DNA of 64,000 nt, from NCBI RefSeq assembly GCF_035558935.1, contig NZ_DATMBZ010000014.1:244-64243 (forward strand), given 5' to 3'. A program made the position numbers and the translations under genes. Position 1 is the stretch's first letter. Every line of letters starts with the position of its first letter. Source of the stretch: Gaiella sp. (GTDB lineage Bacteria > Actinomycetota > Thermoleophilia > Gaiellales > Gaiellaceae). This document shows positions 38,275-47,004 of this stretch, piece after piece. Under the pieces are notes generated by a model, which had not been told where the DNA came from, did not search any database, and was given only the letters and a program-made list of their open reading frames with translations.

Positions 38275-40075
38275 CGTCCGGCTTCGCGGGCTTCGAGGGC
38301 TCGGGCTTCGGCCGGGGCTTCGTGCCGAGACGGACGACGGTCGGCTCGCCGACGTAGTACGAGCGCCACGTCGTGTTGTAGAGCAAGCTGCCGTCGGGGT
38401 TGTAGACGCGCCTCGTCACGCTCGTCGAGCGCGGCGGCGAGCCCCATTGCTCGACGACCTTCTGGCCTTTGAACATCGTGTCGTCGTCGATCCGCTTCCA
38501 CGGCACCTTCCCGTCGACCTCGAGCGGTGCGGTCTCCGTCTCGACGCGGCGATCCGGCGAGGTGCCGTAGAGGTTGACGGTGAGCGAGCCCGGGCTCACG
38601 AATGTGCGCAGCAGGAGCCAGTGGTCGGTGTCGTTGCGGAAGACGAGGTCCAAGTCCGGGTAGTTCACGGTCGCATCGCGACCGATCGGGTAGTGGCTGA
38701 TGTAGAGCGCGTGGTTCGTTCGCTTCTCGATCGAGAGCCCGGCCTCGAAGGCGGCGTTGAACACGGTGGTCGAGACCTGGCAGACGCCGCCACCGATCCC
38801 GCTCTCGAGCTCGCCGTTGATGATCACCGGCGCCTCCTCGAAGCCTTTGGCCGCGTTTCGCTCCCCGGTCGTCTGGTTGAAGGAGAAGCGCGCGCCCGGT
38901 GCGACGAGTGCGCCGTCGATCAGCTCCGCGACCAGCTGGACGTTGTGAAGGCGGCCCGGCGTGCCACCGTAGGTCGTCGTGTACGAGCCGACCACCTCCT
39001 CGATCCCCATCGCCCGAGCGACCTCGGTGGTTCGTGCAGCGCGCGTCGTGCTGGTCGCGACCGTCGCGGCGCGGCCCGAGCTCGAGAACACCGCCTTCTG
39101 AAGCGCCTTCCGCGCCGCGTCGAGATCGAGCGTCCGGCCGGGGTGCGACGGCACGAGCTCGATTCCCCCGGAGACGACGCGGAACGTCGCGTCGCGCGGG
39201 TCCCGGTCGACGGAGCGCGCGAGCGACGCGAGCCAGCGCTGGGCAGACGGTCCGGCGACCGAGACGCCGGTGGCGCCGCCGTTCGGCAGGTCGAGGAGCT
39301 GCGCGATGCGCCAGCGGGGCAACCGGAACCGGGTCGGGCCGACCGTCAGCGTCACCGGCCCGGATACCGCGGTCTGCGCCGCGGTCGCTGCGTCGGCGAG
39401 GTCGTCCACGACGACGCGGGGCTCCGCTCGCGCGACCGGTAGGCGCACGGGACCGTCTCGCTCGAGCGACGCGAGCGCGTTCACGATCGTCGCGGAGGCG
39501 AGGCTGCGGTCGAGCCGCACGCCCGCGCGGGCCGGCGATGTGACGAACGAGAGGCCGCGCCGCTCGAGCGAGGCGTCGACGGCCGGCCGGTCGACCGCGG
39601 CGGCGATCCGGCCGACGGTGTAGCGCAGGACGGACGGGAAGACGGCGACGTGAGGCTCCACCTCCGCGCCGAAGATCCGCGCTCGCACGCGCCTCAGGCC
39701 ACGGACGGGCGCGAACCCGTCCGTCGACTCGGCTGCTTGCCTCACGGCCGCCGCCCAGTCGGGCCGCACACCGAGCTGTGACGCGCGCAGCGTGAACGTC
39801 CTGCCCCCGGCGACGAACTCGATCGGCTCGTGCTCGAGCGCGTCGGAGCGCCGCTCGAGCGCAACGGTGGCGGCGCTGACGGAAAGGCCCCCGACGTCGA
39901 GCCCGGCGACCGTCGTGCCCGCCGGGAGCCGCGTGGGAGAGCCCGCGAAGAGCGTCGCCGCCCCGCCTGCGACCAGCACGAAGACACCGACCGCGAGGAC
40001 GGCCCTGCGCACCGCGCTGCGGGAAGAGCGTCGCCGGCGCGCCACTCCTGAAACGCTGCTCGCGCCGGATGACAC
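38201..40075 (-). CDS. VanW-family protein, second paralog (TM anchor, Pro/Lys-rich tail)
   Basis: ..ARFSFNQTTGERNAAKGFEEAPVIINGELESGIGGGVCQVSTTVFNAAFEAG...ISHYPIGRDATVNY.. is the VanW core. The domain order matches 7982..9802, and the tail is KPRPKPEPSKPAKPDVK. Confidence 0.85.
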   Translation of the reverse strand: MSSGASSVSGVARRRRSSRSAVRRAVLAVGVFVLVAGGAATLFAGSPTRLPAGTTVAGLDVGGLSVSAATVALERRSDALEHEPIEFVAGGRTFTLRASQLGVRPDWAAAVRQAAESTDGFAPVRGLRRVRARIFGAEVEPHVAVFPSVLRYTVGRIAAAVDRPAVDASLERRGLSFVTSPARAGVRLDRSLASATIVNALASLERDGPVRLPVARAEPRVVVDDLADAATAAQTAVSGPVTLTVGPTRFRLPRWRIAQLLDLPNGGATGVSVAGPSAQRWLASLARSVDRDPRDATFRVVSGGIELVPSHPGRTLDLDAARKALQKAVFSSSGRAATVATSTTRAARTTEVARAMGIEEVVGSYTTTYGGTPGRLHNVQLVAELIDGALVAPGARFSFNQTTGERNAAKGFEEAPVIINGELESGIGGGVCQVSTTVFNAAFEAGLSIEKRTNHALYISHYPIGRDATVNYPDLDLVFRNDTDHWLLLRTFVSPGSLTVNLYGTSPDRRVETETAPLEVDGKVPWKRIDDDTMFKGQKVVEQWGSPPRSTSVTRRVYNPDGSLLYNTTWRSYYVGEPTVVRLGTKPRPKPEPSKPAKPDVKAAATPTTKEPALPPATSTTARP

Positions 40076-40209
40076 GGCCTCGAAATGTAGCCGAGGTCAC
40101 AAGGCCGGATTCTCACCTTTCCGAGGGAGGGACCGACCTCCGCGTGCGGACCGACCTCGGCCGCGCGCCCCGGCTCTCGGGAGTGCGACGGCCCGACTAC
40201 GGTGCACGC

Positions 40210-40977
40210 GTGGCACGTACACGTGACGTCCGGCGGTTCGGGCGCGGCCCGTATCTCCTCGGGCTCCGTCGGGACGCGGAGCAGTGGCGCGAAGGATTCC
40301 CATTCGACGTTCCGGCCGTCGAGGCGATCGAGCGGCTCGAGCTCGATGCGTCCATCACGCTCCTCGCCGGTGAGAACGGCAGTGGGAAGTCGACGATCGT
40401 CGAGGCGCTCGCGGCCGCGATCGGCTTCGCCGAGGGTGGCGGTGAGCTCGAGCGGCTCGGCGAGCTGCCGGCCGTGACTCGACCCGTGCTCGGAGGGGCG
40501 CTGGTGCCGCAGCTCACCGAGCACAAGCCGCGCAACGGCTACTTCCTCCGAGCGGAGAGCTTCTTCAACGTCGCCGCCTTCGTCGACGGCGGAACGACCT
40601 TCGCACCCGACGTCTCGCTCTACGGCGGGCGCGCGCTCCACGAACAGTCGCACGGCCAGTCGTTCCTCGCGCTGGCGGCCAACAGGTTCGGCGGCGAGAG
40701 CCTCTACATCCTCGACGAGCCCGAGGCGGCATTGTCGATCACAGGGGAGCTCGCCCTTCTCGCGATCATGGTCAGGGCTGCGGGCAACGGCTCGCAGCTC
40801 GTCGTGGCAACGCACTCGCCGGTCTTGCTCGCCTGTCCTGGAGCGCGGATCTACGAGCTCGACGCGACCGGGATCGAGGAGAGGGCGTACGACGACCTCG
40901 AGGCAGTGAGCCTCACGCGTGCGTTCCTCGAGGCGCCGGAGCGCTTCCTCCGGGCAGCGCTCGCCGAAGAGGGCTGA
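40210..40977 (+). CDS. small stand-alone ABC/SMC-like ATPase (COG3910-type predicted ATPase)
   Basis: LLAGENGSGKSTIVEALAAAIGF is Walker A. ..HEQSHGQSFLAL.. is signature-like, LYILDEPEAALS is Walker B, and VVATHSPVLL is the H-loop. GTG 40210 is preceded by TACGGT; the tracked ORF start at 40069 is less likely. Confidence 0.8.
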   Translation: MARTRDVRRFGRGPYLLGLRRDAEQWREGFPFDVPAVEAIERLELDASITLLAGENGSGKSTIVEALAAAIGFAEGGGELERLGELPAVTRPVLGGALVPQLTEHKPRNGYFLRAESFFNVAAFVDGGTTFAPDVSLYGGRALHEQSHGQSFLALAANRFGGESLYILDEPEAALSITGELALLAIMVRAAGNGSQLVVATHSPVLLACPGARIYELDATGIEERAYDDLEAVSLTRAFLEAPERFLRAALAEEG

Positions 40978-40982
40978 GCTCC

Positions 40983-42176
40983 GTGGAGCGGATGTCGGTC
41001 GACGAGCGGCGCGCACGGCTGGTACGGCGTCATCGGCTGGTCGCCCAGAGCCTGGCGACGACCCCGCTCGAGGTCGTCGAGTCGCTCGTCGCCCTGCACT
41101 CGACCGACCCCGCGACGGTATTCCTCTCGACGTGGGCGCGCTCGGTCGACTTCAGGCCGGAGCGCCTCGAAGACGCGCTTTACGGGGAGCGGGAGCTCGT
41201 CCGGATGCTCGGGATGCGGCGGACGCTGTGGGTCGTCCCCCGCGAGCTCGCGGCGGTCGTCCAGGCTGCGTGCACGCTGACGATCGCGGCTCGTGAGCGC
41301 AAGCGGCTCGAGGGGCTCGTCGCGCAGAGCGGCGTGACGGACGAGCCGGCAGCGTGGCTCGACAGGGCCTTCGCGACGGCCCTCCGTGCCGTCGAGGCGC
41401 GAGGAGAAGCGTTCACAGCGGACGTCTCCGCGGACGAGCCCGTCCTCGCCTCGAAGCTGCGTCTCGGCGCCGGGACGCGCTGGGAGGCGCAGCCGAGCGC
41501 CGCCTCGCGCGTGCTCCCGCTGCTCGCTGCAGAAGGGGCCCTGGTGCGCGGGCGGCCGCGCACGTCGTGGACGCACGGGCAGTACCGCTGGGTGCCGACC
41601 CGCGCCTGGCTGGGCCGCGAGCTCGGACGGCTCGACCCGCACGCCGCCCGGGCGGCGCTCCTACGCCGCTGGCTCGCGTCGTTCGGCCCGGCGACGGAGA
41701 CGGACATCCGGTGGTGGGCCGGTTGGACGGCGCGCGAGGCGCGCGCGGCGCTCGCAGCGGTCTCGCATGCGGCCGTCGACCTCGACGGCGCCACGGGCTA
41801 TGTCCTCGCCGACGACGTGGAGCCAACCGTGCGCCCCGCTCCGAGGGCCGCCCTGCTCCCGACGCTCGACCCGACGACGATGGGCTGGAAGGAGCGGGGC
41901 TGGTACCTCGGCGAGCACGCGTCCGTCCTGTTCGACTCGAACGGCAACGCCGGGCCGACGGTCTGGTGGCAGGGCCGTGTCGTCGGCGGCTGGGCCCAGC
42001 GCAAGGACGGCGAGATCGTCGTCCGGCTCCTCGAGGACGTCGGCCGAGAGGCGGAGCGGGCGGTCGAAGCCGAGGCGGAGCGCCTCGCCGCCTGGCTCGG
42101 CGACGTCCGCGTAACGCCGAGCTTTCTCCCGCCGTTCCAGCGCGAGCTCGCCGGGGGGATACAGGGGCGCGGCTGA
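40983..42176 (+). CDS. winged-helix DNA-binding domain protein of the YcaQ/AlkZ (DUF1006) DNA glycosylase family
   Basis: RRARLVRRHRL....VVESLVALHSTDPATVFLSTWARS...RELVRMLGMRRTLWVVP matches my recollection of the family N-terminus. It starts 5 nt after the ATPase gene. Confidence 0.75.
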   Translation: MERMSVDERRARLVRRHRLVAQSLATTPLEVVESLVALHSTDPATVFLSTWARSVDFRPERLEDALYGERELVRMLGMRRTLWVVPRELAAVVQAACTLTIAARERKRLEGLVAQSGVTDEPAAWLDRAFATALRAVEARGEAFTADVSADEPVLASKLRLGAGTRWEAQPSAASRVLPLLAAEGALVRGRPRTSWTHGQYRWVPTRAWLGRELGRLDPHAARAALLRRWLASFGPATETDIRWWAGWTAREARAALAAVSHAAVDLDGATGYVLADDVEPTVRPAPRAALLPTLDPTTMGWKERGWYLGEHASVLFDSNGNAGPTVWWQGRVVGGWAQRKDGEIVVRLLEDVGREAERAVEAEAERLAAWLGDVRVTPSFLPPFQRELAGGIQGRG

Positions 42177-42197
42177 AGCCGCGTCCCCAGCCGACGG

Positions 42198-43382
42198 CTA
42201 GGAGCTCGGCAGGAAGATCTCCTTCGCGATCACGAGGCGCTGGATCTGCGACGTGCCCTCGTAGATCTGGAAGAGCTTCGCGTCGCGCATGAGCTTCTCG
42301 ACCGGGTACTCCTTGATGTAGCCGTAGCCGCCGAAGACCTGTACCGCGTCGGTGGTGACCTTCATCGCCGTGTCGGCCGCGAACCGCTTCGCGAATGACG
42401 AGTACTTCGTCGCCTTCCGGCCGTAGCCCTGGTCGATCATCCACGCCGCCTGCCAGGTGAGGAGTCGCGCGGCCTCGATCTCGGTCGCCATGTCGGCGAC
42501 GAGGAACGAGACGCCCTGGTTCATCGCGATCGGCACGCCGAACTGGACGCGCTCCTTCGCATAGTCGACGGCAAGCTCGTACGCCGCCTGCGCGACGCCG
42601 ACCGCTCCCACCGCCGTGCCCGGGCGGGTGAAGTCGAGCGTCTGCATCGCGATCTTGAAGCCGTCGCCCTCCTCGCCGAGGCGGTTCGCGGCCGGGACGA
42701 CGACGTCCTGGAAGGCGACCGCCGAGGTGTCCGTCGCCCGCTGCCCCATCTTGTCGAGATGCTTCTCGATCGTGACGCCCTCGGCGTCCATCGGGATCAC
42801 GAAGGCGGTGAGGCCGCGGTGGCCCTTCGACTTGTCGGTCGACGCGAAGCAGACGATCCACGAGGCCTGACCCGCGTTCGTGATGAACATCTTCGAGCCG
42901 TTGATCACGTACTCGTCCCCGTGACGCACCGCTGTCGTCTGGATCCCCGAGACGTCCGACCCGGCGCCGGGCTCGGAGAGCCCGAAGCAGCCGAGGATCG
43001 GGTCCGAGACGAGCGGCGCGAGCCACTCCCGCTTCTGCTCCTCCGTGCCGGCGACCAGGATCGGGCCGGCCGCGAGCCCGTTCGCCCCGATCGAGGTGCC
43101 GATCCCGGAGCAGCCCCAGTTGAGCTCCTCGCCGACGAGCATCCCGTCGAACGCCGACAGCTCCGGCCCTCCGAGCGACTCCGGGAGGTGGAGGTTCATG
43201 AGGCCGAGCTCGTGGGCCTTGGCCACGATCTCGGCGGGGTGCGTCTGGTGCTCGTCGTGCTCCGCCGCCTTTGGCCGGATCTCCTTCTCGGCGAACTCGC
43301 GCGCGAGGGCGCGGAGCTCCTTCTGCTCGTCCGTGAGCGCGAACGAGACGCCGTTCGCAAGCCCGGTCTCCATGGTCGCCAT
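42198..43382 (-). CDS. acyl-CoA dehydrogenase
   Basis: ..GCFGLSEPGAGSDVSGIQTTA...NGSKMFITNA...QIYEGTSQIQRLVIA.. are ACAD signatures. Confidence 0.92.
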   Translation of the reverse strand: MATMETGLANGVSFALTDEQKELRALAREFAEKEIRPKAAEHDEHQTHPAEIVAKAHELGLMNLHLPESLGGPELSAFDGMLVGEELNWGCSGIGTSIGANGLAAGPILVAGTEEQKREWLAPLVSDPILGCFGLSEPGAGSDVSGIQTTAVRHGDEYVINGSKMFITNAGQASWIVCFASTDKSKGHRGLTAFVIPMDAEGVTIEKHLDKMGQRATDTSAVAFQDVVVPAANRLGEEGDGFKIAMQTLDFTRPGTAVGAVGVAQAAYELAVDYAKERVQFGVPIAMNQGVSFLVADMATEIEAARLLTWQAAWMIDQGYGRKATKYSSFAKRFAADTAMKVTTDAVQVFGGYGYIKEYPVEKLMRDAKLFQIYEGTSQIQRLVIAKEIFLPSS

Positions 43383-43402
43383 CGCGTGCTCCTGGGGCGT
43401 CG

Positions 43403-43420
43403 ATTGACTAGTCAGTCAAT
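43403..43420. promoter_or_regulatory. palindromic operator candidate ATTGACT-AGTC-AGTCAAT in the acyl-CoA dehydrogenase promoter
   Basis: Perfect 7-nt inverted arms in an AT-rich island within GC-rich DNA. It lies directly downstream of a TACCCT -10-like box (43421-43426, minus strand) and upstream of a GGAG Shine-Dalgarno. 14 of 17 positions match the site at 47568-47584. Confidence 0.45.
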
Positions 43421-43454
43421 AGGGTAGCCCGCCCGCGACGGGGTGGCAAGCGCC

Positions 43455-43973
43455 TCAGGGCTCGGGACCCCCCATGCCCGGCGCCACGTCGTCGCGGCGA
43501 CACGGCGCGGGTGCCACGGGCAGCCCGAGGGCAGACCACGCCTCGAAGCCGCGGATGACGTCGCCGGCCCGCCGGAAGCCGAGGTCGACGAGCGTCGCGG
43601 CGGCGAGCGACGACGAGAATCCGTGCGAGCAGAGCAGCAGGAGCCGAAGCTCGCGGTCGACGACGTGCGGGTTGTGCCAGTCGCTCGACGGGTCGACCCG
43701 CCACTCGAGCACCGTGCGGGGGATGTGGAGCGAGCCCGGGACGATGCCCGTGTCGCGGCGGTCGTCCTGTGAGCGGATGTCGACGATCACCGCGTCCCCG
43801 GTCGAGGCCGCCGCCCACGCCCCCTCCGGCGCGAGGCGATGGATGCGCCGCCGGGCGGCCGCCAACAGCTCGTCGATCCCTTGCGCCGCGCCGCCCGCCA
43901 TCACCGCATCATCCGACGCCCGAGCGTGCGGTGTCCAGGGCCACTGGGTGGGGTCGCGCCTCTCTACAATCAC
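43455..43973 (-). CDS. rhodanese-domain sulfurtransferase-like protein
   Basis: ..VIVDIRS....GIVPGSLHIP...LLLLCSHGFSSSLAAATL...GFEAW.. has an active-site loop Cys. Confidence 0.8.
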   Translation of the reverse strand: MIVERRDPTQWPWTPHARASDDAVMAGGAAQGIDELLAAARRRIHRLAPEGAWAAASTGDAVIVDIRSQDDRRDTGIVPGSLHIPRTVLEWRVDPSSDWHNPHVVDRELRLLLLCSHGFSSSLAAATLVDLGFRRAGDVIRGFEAWSALGLPVAPAPCRRDDVAPGMGGPEP

Positions 43974-44002
43974 TCACGCCTCGACCGACGGAGGATCCCA
44001 CC

Positions 44003-45199
44003 GTGGCGACGACAACTCAGGCACCGACTCAGCTCGACCCACTCGACTTCCTCGCGCTCGACGCACTCCTCGATGACGAAGAGCGCGCGATCCGTGACAC
44101 GGTGCGCCGGTTCGTCCGCGAGCGCATCCTTCCCGACGTCGGCGACTGGTTCGAACAGGGCATCCTGCCCCGCGAGGTTGTCCAGGAGCTCGCCAAGCTC
44201 GGGCTCTTCGGCATGCACCTCGAGGGGTACGGGCTACCCGGTGCGAGCTCCGTGGCCTACGGTCTCACGTGCCTCGAGCTCGAGGCCGGCGATTCGGGCG
44301 TCCGCAGCGCCGTCTCCGTGCAGGGCTCGCTGGCGATGTTCGCGATCTGGCGCTGGGGCTCCGAGGAGCAGAAGGAGCGCTGGCTCCCGCCGATGCACCG
44401 CGGGGAGACGATCGGCTGCTTCGGGCTCACCGAGCCCGATGCGGGCTCCGACCCCGGGGCGATGCGCACCCATGCGCGCCGCGAGGGCTCGGACTGGGTC
44501 CTGAACGGAGCGAAGATGTGGATCACGAACGGCACGATCGCCGACGTCGCAGTCGTCTGGGCGCAGACCGACGACGGCGAGATCCGCGGCTTCCTCGTCG
44601 AGAAGGGCACGCCCGGCTTCTCGGCGCCCGAGATCCACAAGAAGCTCTCACTCCGAGCATCGGTCACGTCCGAGCTCGTGCTCCAGGACGTTCGGGTCCC
44701 CGGAGACGCCATGCTGCCCGGCTCGTCGACGCTACGGGGCCCGCTCTCCTGCCTCAACGAGGCCCGTTTCGGGATCGTCTTCGGTGCCGTCGGCGCGGCG
44801 CGGGCGTGCTTCGAGGAGGCACTGGCGTACGCGCGCGAGCGCATCGTCTTCGGGAAGCCGATCTCCGCCTACCAGCTGACGCAGCAGAAGCTCGCCGAGA
44901 TGGCGCTCGAGGTGAACCGGGCGGGCCTCGTCGCGCTCCACATCGGCCGCATGAAGGACGAGGGGACGCTACGGCCCGAGCACGTGAGCCTCGGGAAGAT
45001 GGGCAACGTGCGTGGGGCCCTCGAGGTGTGCCGCTCGGCGCGGACGATCCTCGGTGGCAACGGCATCACGCTCGAGTACCCCGTCATTCGCCACATGAAC
45101 AACCTCGAGTCCGTGCTCACCTACGAGGGGACGCACGAGGTACACACACTCGTCGTCGGCCAGGCGCTCACGGGGGAGAACGCATTCGGCCGCGGCTGA
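44003..45199 (+). CDS. glutaryl-CoA dehydrogenase-like acyl-CoA dehydrogenase
   Basis: ..LDFLALDALLDDEERAIRDTVRRF...GCFGLTEPDAGSDPGAM...NGAKMWITNG...TYEGTHEVHTLVVG.. is the GcdH-type ending. GTG 44003 is preceded by GGAGGA. Confidence 0.88.
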   Translation: MATTTQAPTQLDPLDFLALDALLDDEERAIRDTVRRFVRERILPDVGDWFEQGILPREVVQELAKLGLFGMHLEGYGLPGASSVAYGLTCLELEAGDSGVRSAVSVQGSLAMFAIWRWGSEEQKERWLPPMHRGETIGCFGLTEPDAGSDPGAMRTHARREGSDWVLNGAKMWITNGTIADVAVVWAQTDDGEIRGFLVEKGTPGFSAPEIHKKLSLRASVTSELVLQDVRVPGDAMLPGSSTLRGPLSCLNEARFGIVFGAVGAARACFEEALAYARERIVFGKPISAYQLTQQKLAEMALEVNRAGLVALHIGRMKDEGTLRPEHVSLGKMGNVRGALEVCRSARTILGGNGITLEYPVIRHMNNLESVLTYEGTHEVHTLVVGQALTGENAFGRG

Positions 45200-45273
45200 T
45201 GTGGCTTCGCCCCACCGGCCGCTAGGAGATCAGGACGATTCGGGCGGCCGCACAGCTGTCGCTGGTCGCCGTT

Positions 45274-45738
45274 GTGGCGCTGCTCGCCGCCGCGAGCGCA
45301 CGTGCCGCCCCTCCCGACGCCGGCGTCTTCGTGCCCGGGCGCTCACTCGGCGGCGTCACGCTGGGTTCGTCCCTCGACGACGTCGTTGCCCGGTGGGGCC
45401 GGGCGTACGGGCGCTGTCGCGGGTGCGCCGCAGAGACGCTCTATTTCAACCGCTTCGCGTTCCGCCCGGAGGGAGCGGGAGTCGAGCTGCGCCGCGGACG
45501 CGTCGACGCGGTCTTCACGCTCTGGGCGCCGGCCGGCTGGCGCACCGCGCAAGGGCTCGCGATCGGTGAGCCGTCCCTCAGACTGCAGTCGACCTACGCG
45601 CCACTGCAACGAACGGCCTGCCGCGGCTACGAGGCCTTCACGCTGCCGGGCTCAGGCCCGCGGTCGGTCGCCTACGTCGTCGACGGCGACGTCTGGGGCT
45701 TCGCGCTGCTCGCTCGCGGCCACGCGGTCTGCCTCTGA
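45274..45738 (+). CDS. hypothetical secreted protein
   Basis: 154-aa ORF with an Ala-rich signal-like N-terminus (..ALLAAASARAAPPD..) and four Cys. The true start is uncertain because the frame is open from 45226. No family recognised. Confidence 0.5.
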   Translation: MALLAAASARAAPPDAGVFVPGRSLGGVTLGSSLDDVVARWGRAYGRCRGCAAETLYFNRFAFRPEGAGVELRRGRVDAVFTLWAPAGWRTAQGLAIGEPSLRLQSTYAPLQRTACRGYEAFTLPGSGPRSVAYVVDGDVWGFALLARGHAVCL

Positions 45739-47004
45739 CTCGACCCGCGCGAGGCGGGCGACGAGCGGGATCGCAAGGATGATCGGGACGCCGAGCACGG
45801 GCCAGAGCGCCTGGTAGCCCTCCGTCGCCTCGAGGTGCGGCCCGAGGATGTCGATCACGGCGCCCGCGGCGAGCGGCCCGATCACGAGCCCGACGCCCTT
45901 CGTCGTCGTCGCGAGGCCCGAGATCGCGCCGCGCTCGCCCGGCGGCATCAGCTTGAAGAGGAGCCCCCACGCGAGGGTCATGACGGTGCCGCCGGCGATC
46001 GCGACGACGAAGATCAGCCCGAGATACCAGGCGTGCCACTCGCGCCCGAGGCCGCCGGCGAGCAGCCCGACGCCGTAGACGGCCGACGCGACGCTGATGA
46101 CGCGCGCGAGCCCGACGCGGTCGCCGATACGTCCCGCGACGAGCGCCGCGACGATGTAGCCGCCCGCGACCGCCGCGAGGATGTAGGTCGAGGTCGAGAG
46201 CGGCTCGTCGAGGCCGACCGTCACGTAGAGGACGACGAAGGTGCGTGCACCGGCGAACGTCCCTTCCCAGGCGGTGTTGCACACGAGGAACGTCGCGACG
46301 TCGCGGTTCGCGCGCAGCACGCGCCACGACTGCGCGACGTACGTGCGCACGCCCTCGAACACGCGGCCGTGGCCCCCGTCCTCGGTGACGAGGACGATGG
46401 GGACGAGGCAGGCGGTCGCGACCACCCCGGCCGCCACGAGGAACGGCGCGGGCCGCCACACATGGAAGAGGTAGCCCCCGCCGATCAGCGCTCCCGCGAT
46501 CGCGACGCCGCGGAAGACGTGCTGCACGCCCTGCGCACGGCCGAAGACGCTGTCGGGCAGCACGTCGGGGTACAGACCCCGGTACGGCGGCTCGTAGACG
46601 TAGTACGCGAAGAACAGCGCGAACAGCATCAGTGCCGTCGTCCAGAGATTCGGCATGAAGGCGAGCAGCGCTAGCGCAAACGTCATCGGGCCGAGGGCGA
46701 CGAGCATGAAGGGGCGCCTACGGCCGAGCGGCGTGTGGAAGGTGTCGCTCCACGGGCCGATGACGAGCGGCAGCGTCAACGCGAATGCCCCCTCCCCCGC
46801 CAGAACGAGCCCGACGAGCGTCGTCGACTCCGTGTAGCGGCCGAGGATCGGCGGCAGGTACGCCGCCGTCGTCGTCAGCGCCCAGGCGAGGCCGAGCGCG
46901 CCCGCCCCGAGAACGAGCGTGTCGCGGCGGCCCCCGCCGTCAGGCGACGACCGGCGCCGTCCGTAGGCCGCCGAGAACGACGTCGACGATCGTGCGCTCG
47001 GCAC
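45652..47004 (-). CDS. MFS transporter
   Basis: About 12 hydrophobic segments and ..GPWSDTFHTPLGRRRPFM.. (MFS loop 2-3 motif-like). Its 5' end overlaps the TetR gene 3' end by 65 nt as called. Confidence 0.8.
   Translation of the reverse strand: MPSARSSTSFSAAYGRRRSSPDGGGRRDTLVLGAGALGLAWALTTTAAYLPPILGRYTESTTLVGLVLAGEGAFALTLPLVIGPWSDTFHTPLGRRRPFMLVALGPMTFALALLAFMPNLWTTALMLFALFFAYYVYEPPYRGLYPDVLPDSVFGRAQGVQHVFRGVAIAGALIGGGYLFHVWRPAPFLVAAGVVATACLVPIVLVTEDGGHGRVFEGVRTYVAQSWRVLRANRDVATFLVCNTAWEGTFAGARTFVVLYVTVGLDEPLSTSTYILAAVAGGYIVAALVAGRIGDRVGLARVISVASAVYGVGLLAGGLGREWHAWYLGLIFVVAIAGGTVMTLAWGLLFKLMPPGERGAISGLATTTKGVGLVIGPLAAGAVIDILGPHLEATEGYQALWPVLGVPIILAIPLVARLARVESEADRVAASEQREAPDVAVDDVGDRPRA

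Noticed and set aside
43959-43970. 12-nt match GCCTCTCTACAA shared with 47644-47655.
   Set aside because: Hundreds of 12-mer matches are expected by chance in a 64-kb window when both strands are considered. One copy is coding N-terminus and the other is a C-terminus and stop, and no structure is shared.
45226-45273. ATT start at 45238, 9 nt after GGAG, which would give the secreted protein a textbook signal peptide (IRAAAQLSLVAVVALLAAASARA).
   Set aside because: ATT initiation is very rare and cannot be asserted from sequence alone. I kept the GTG 45274 call and flagged the start as uncertain.
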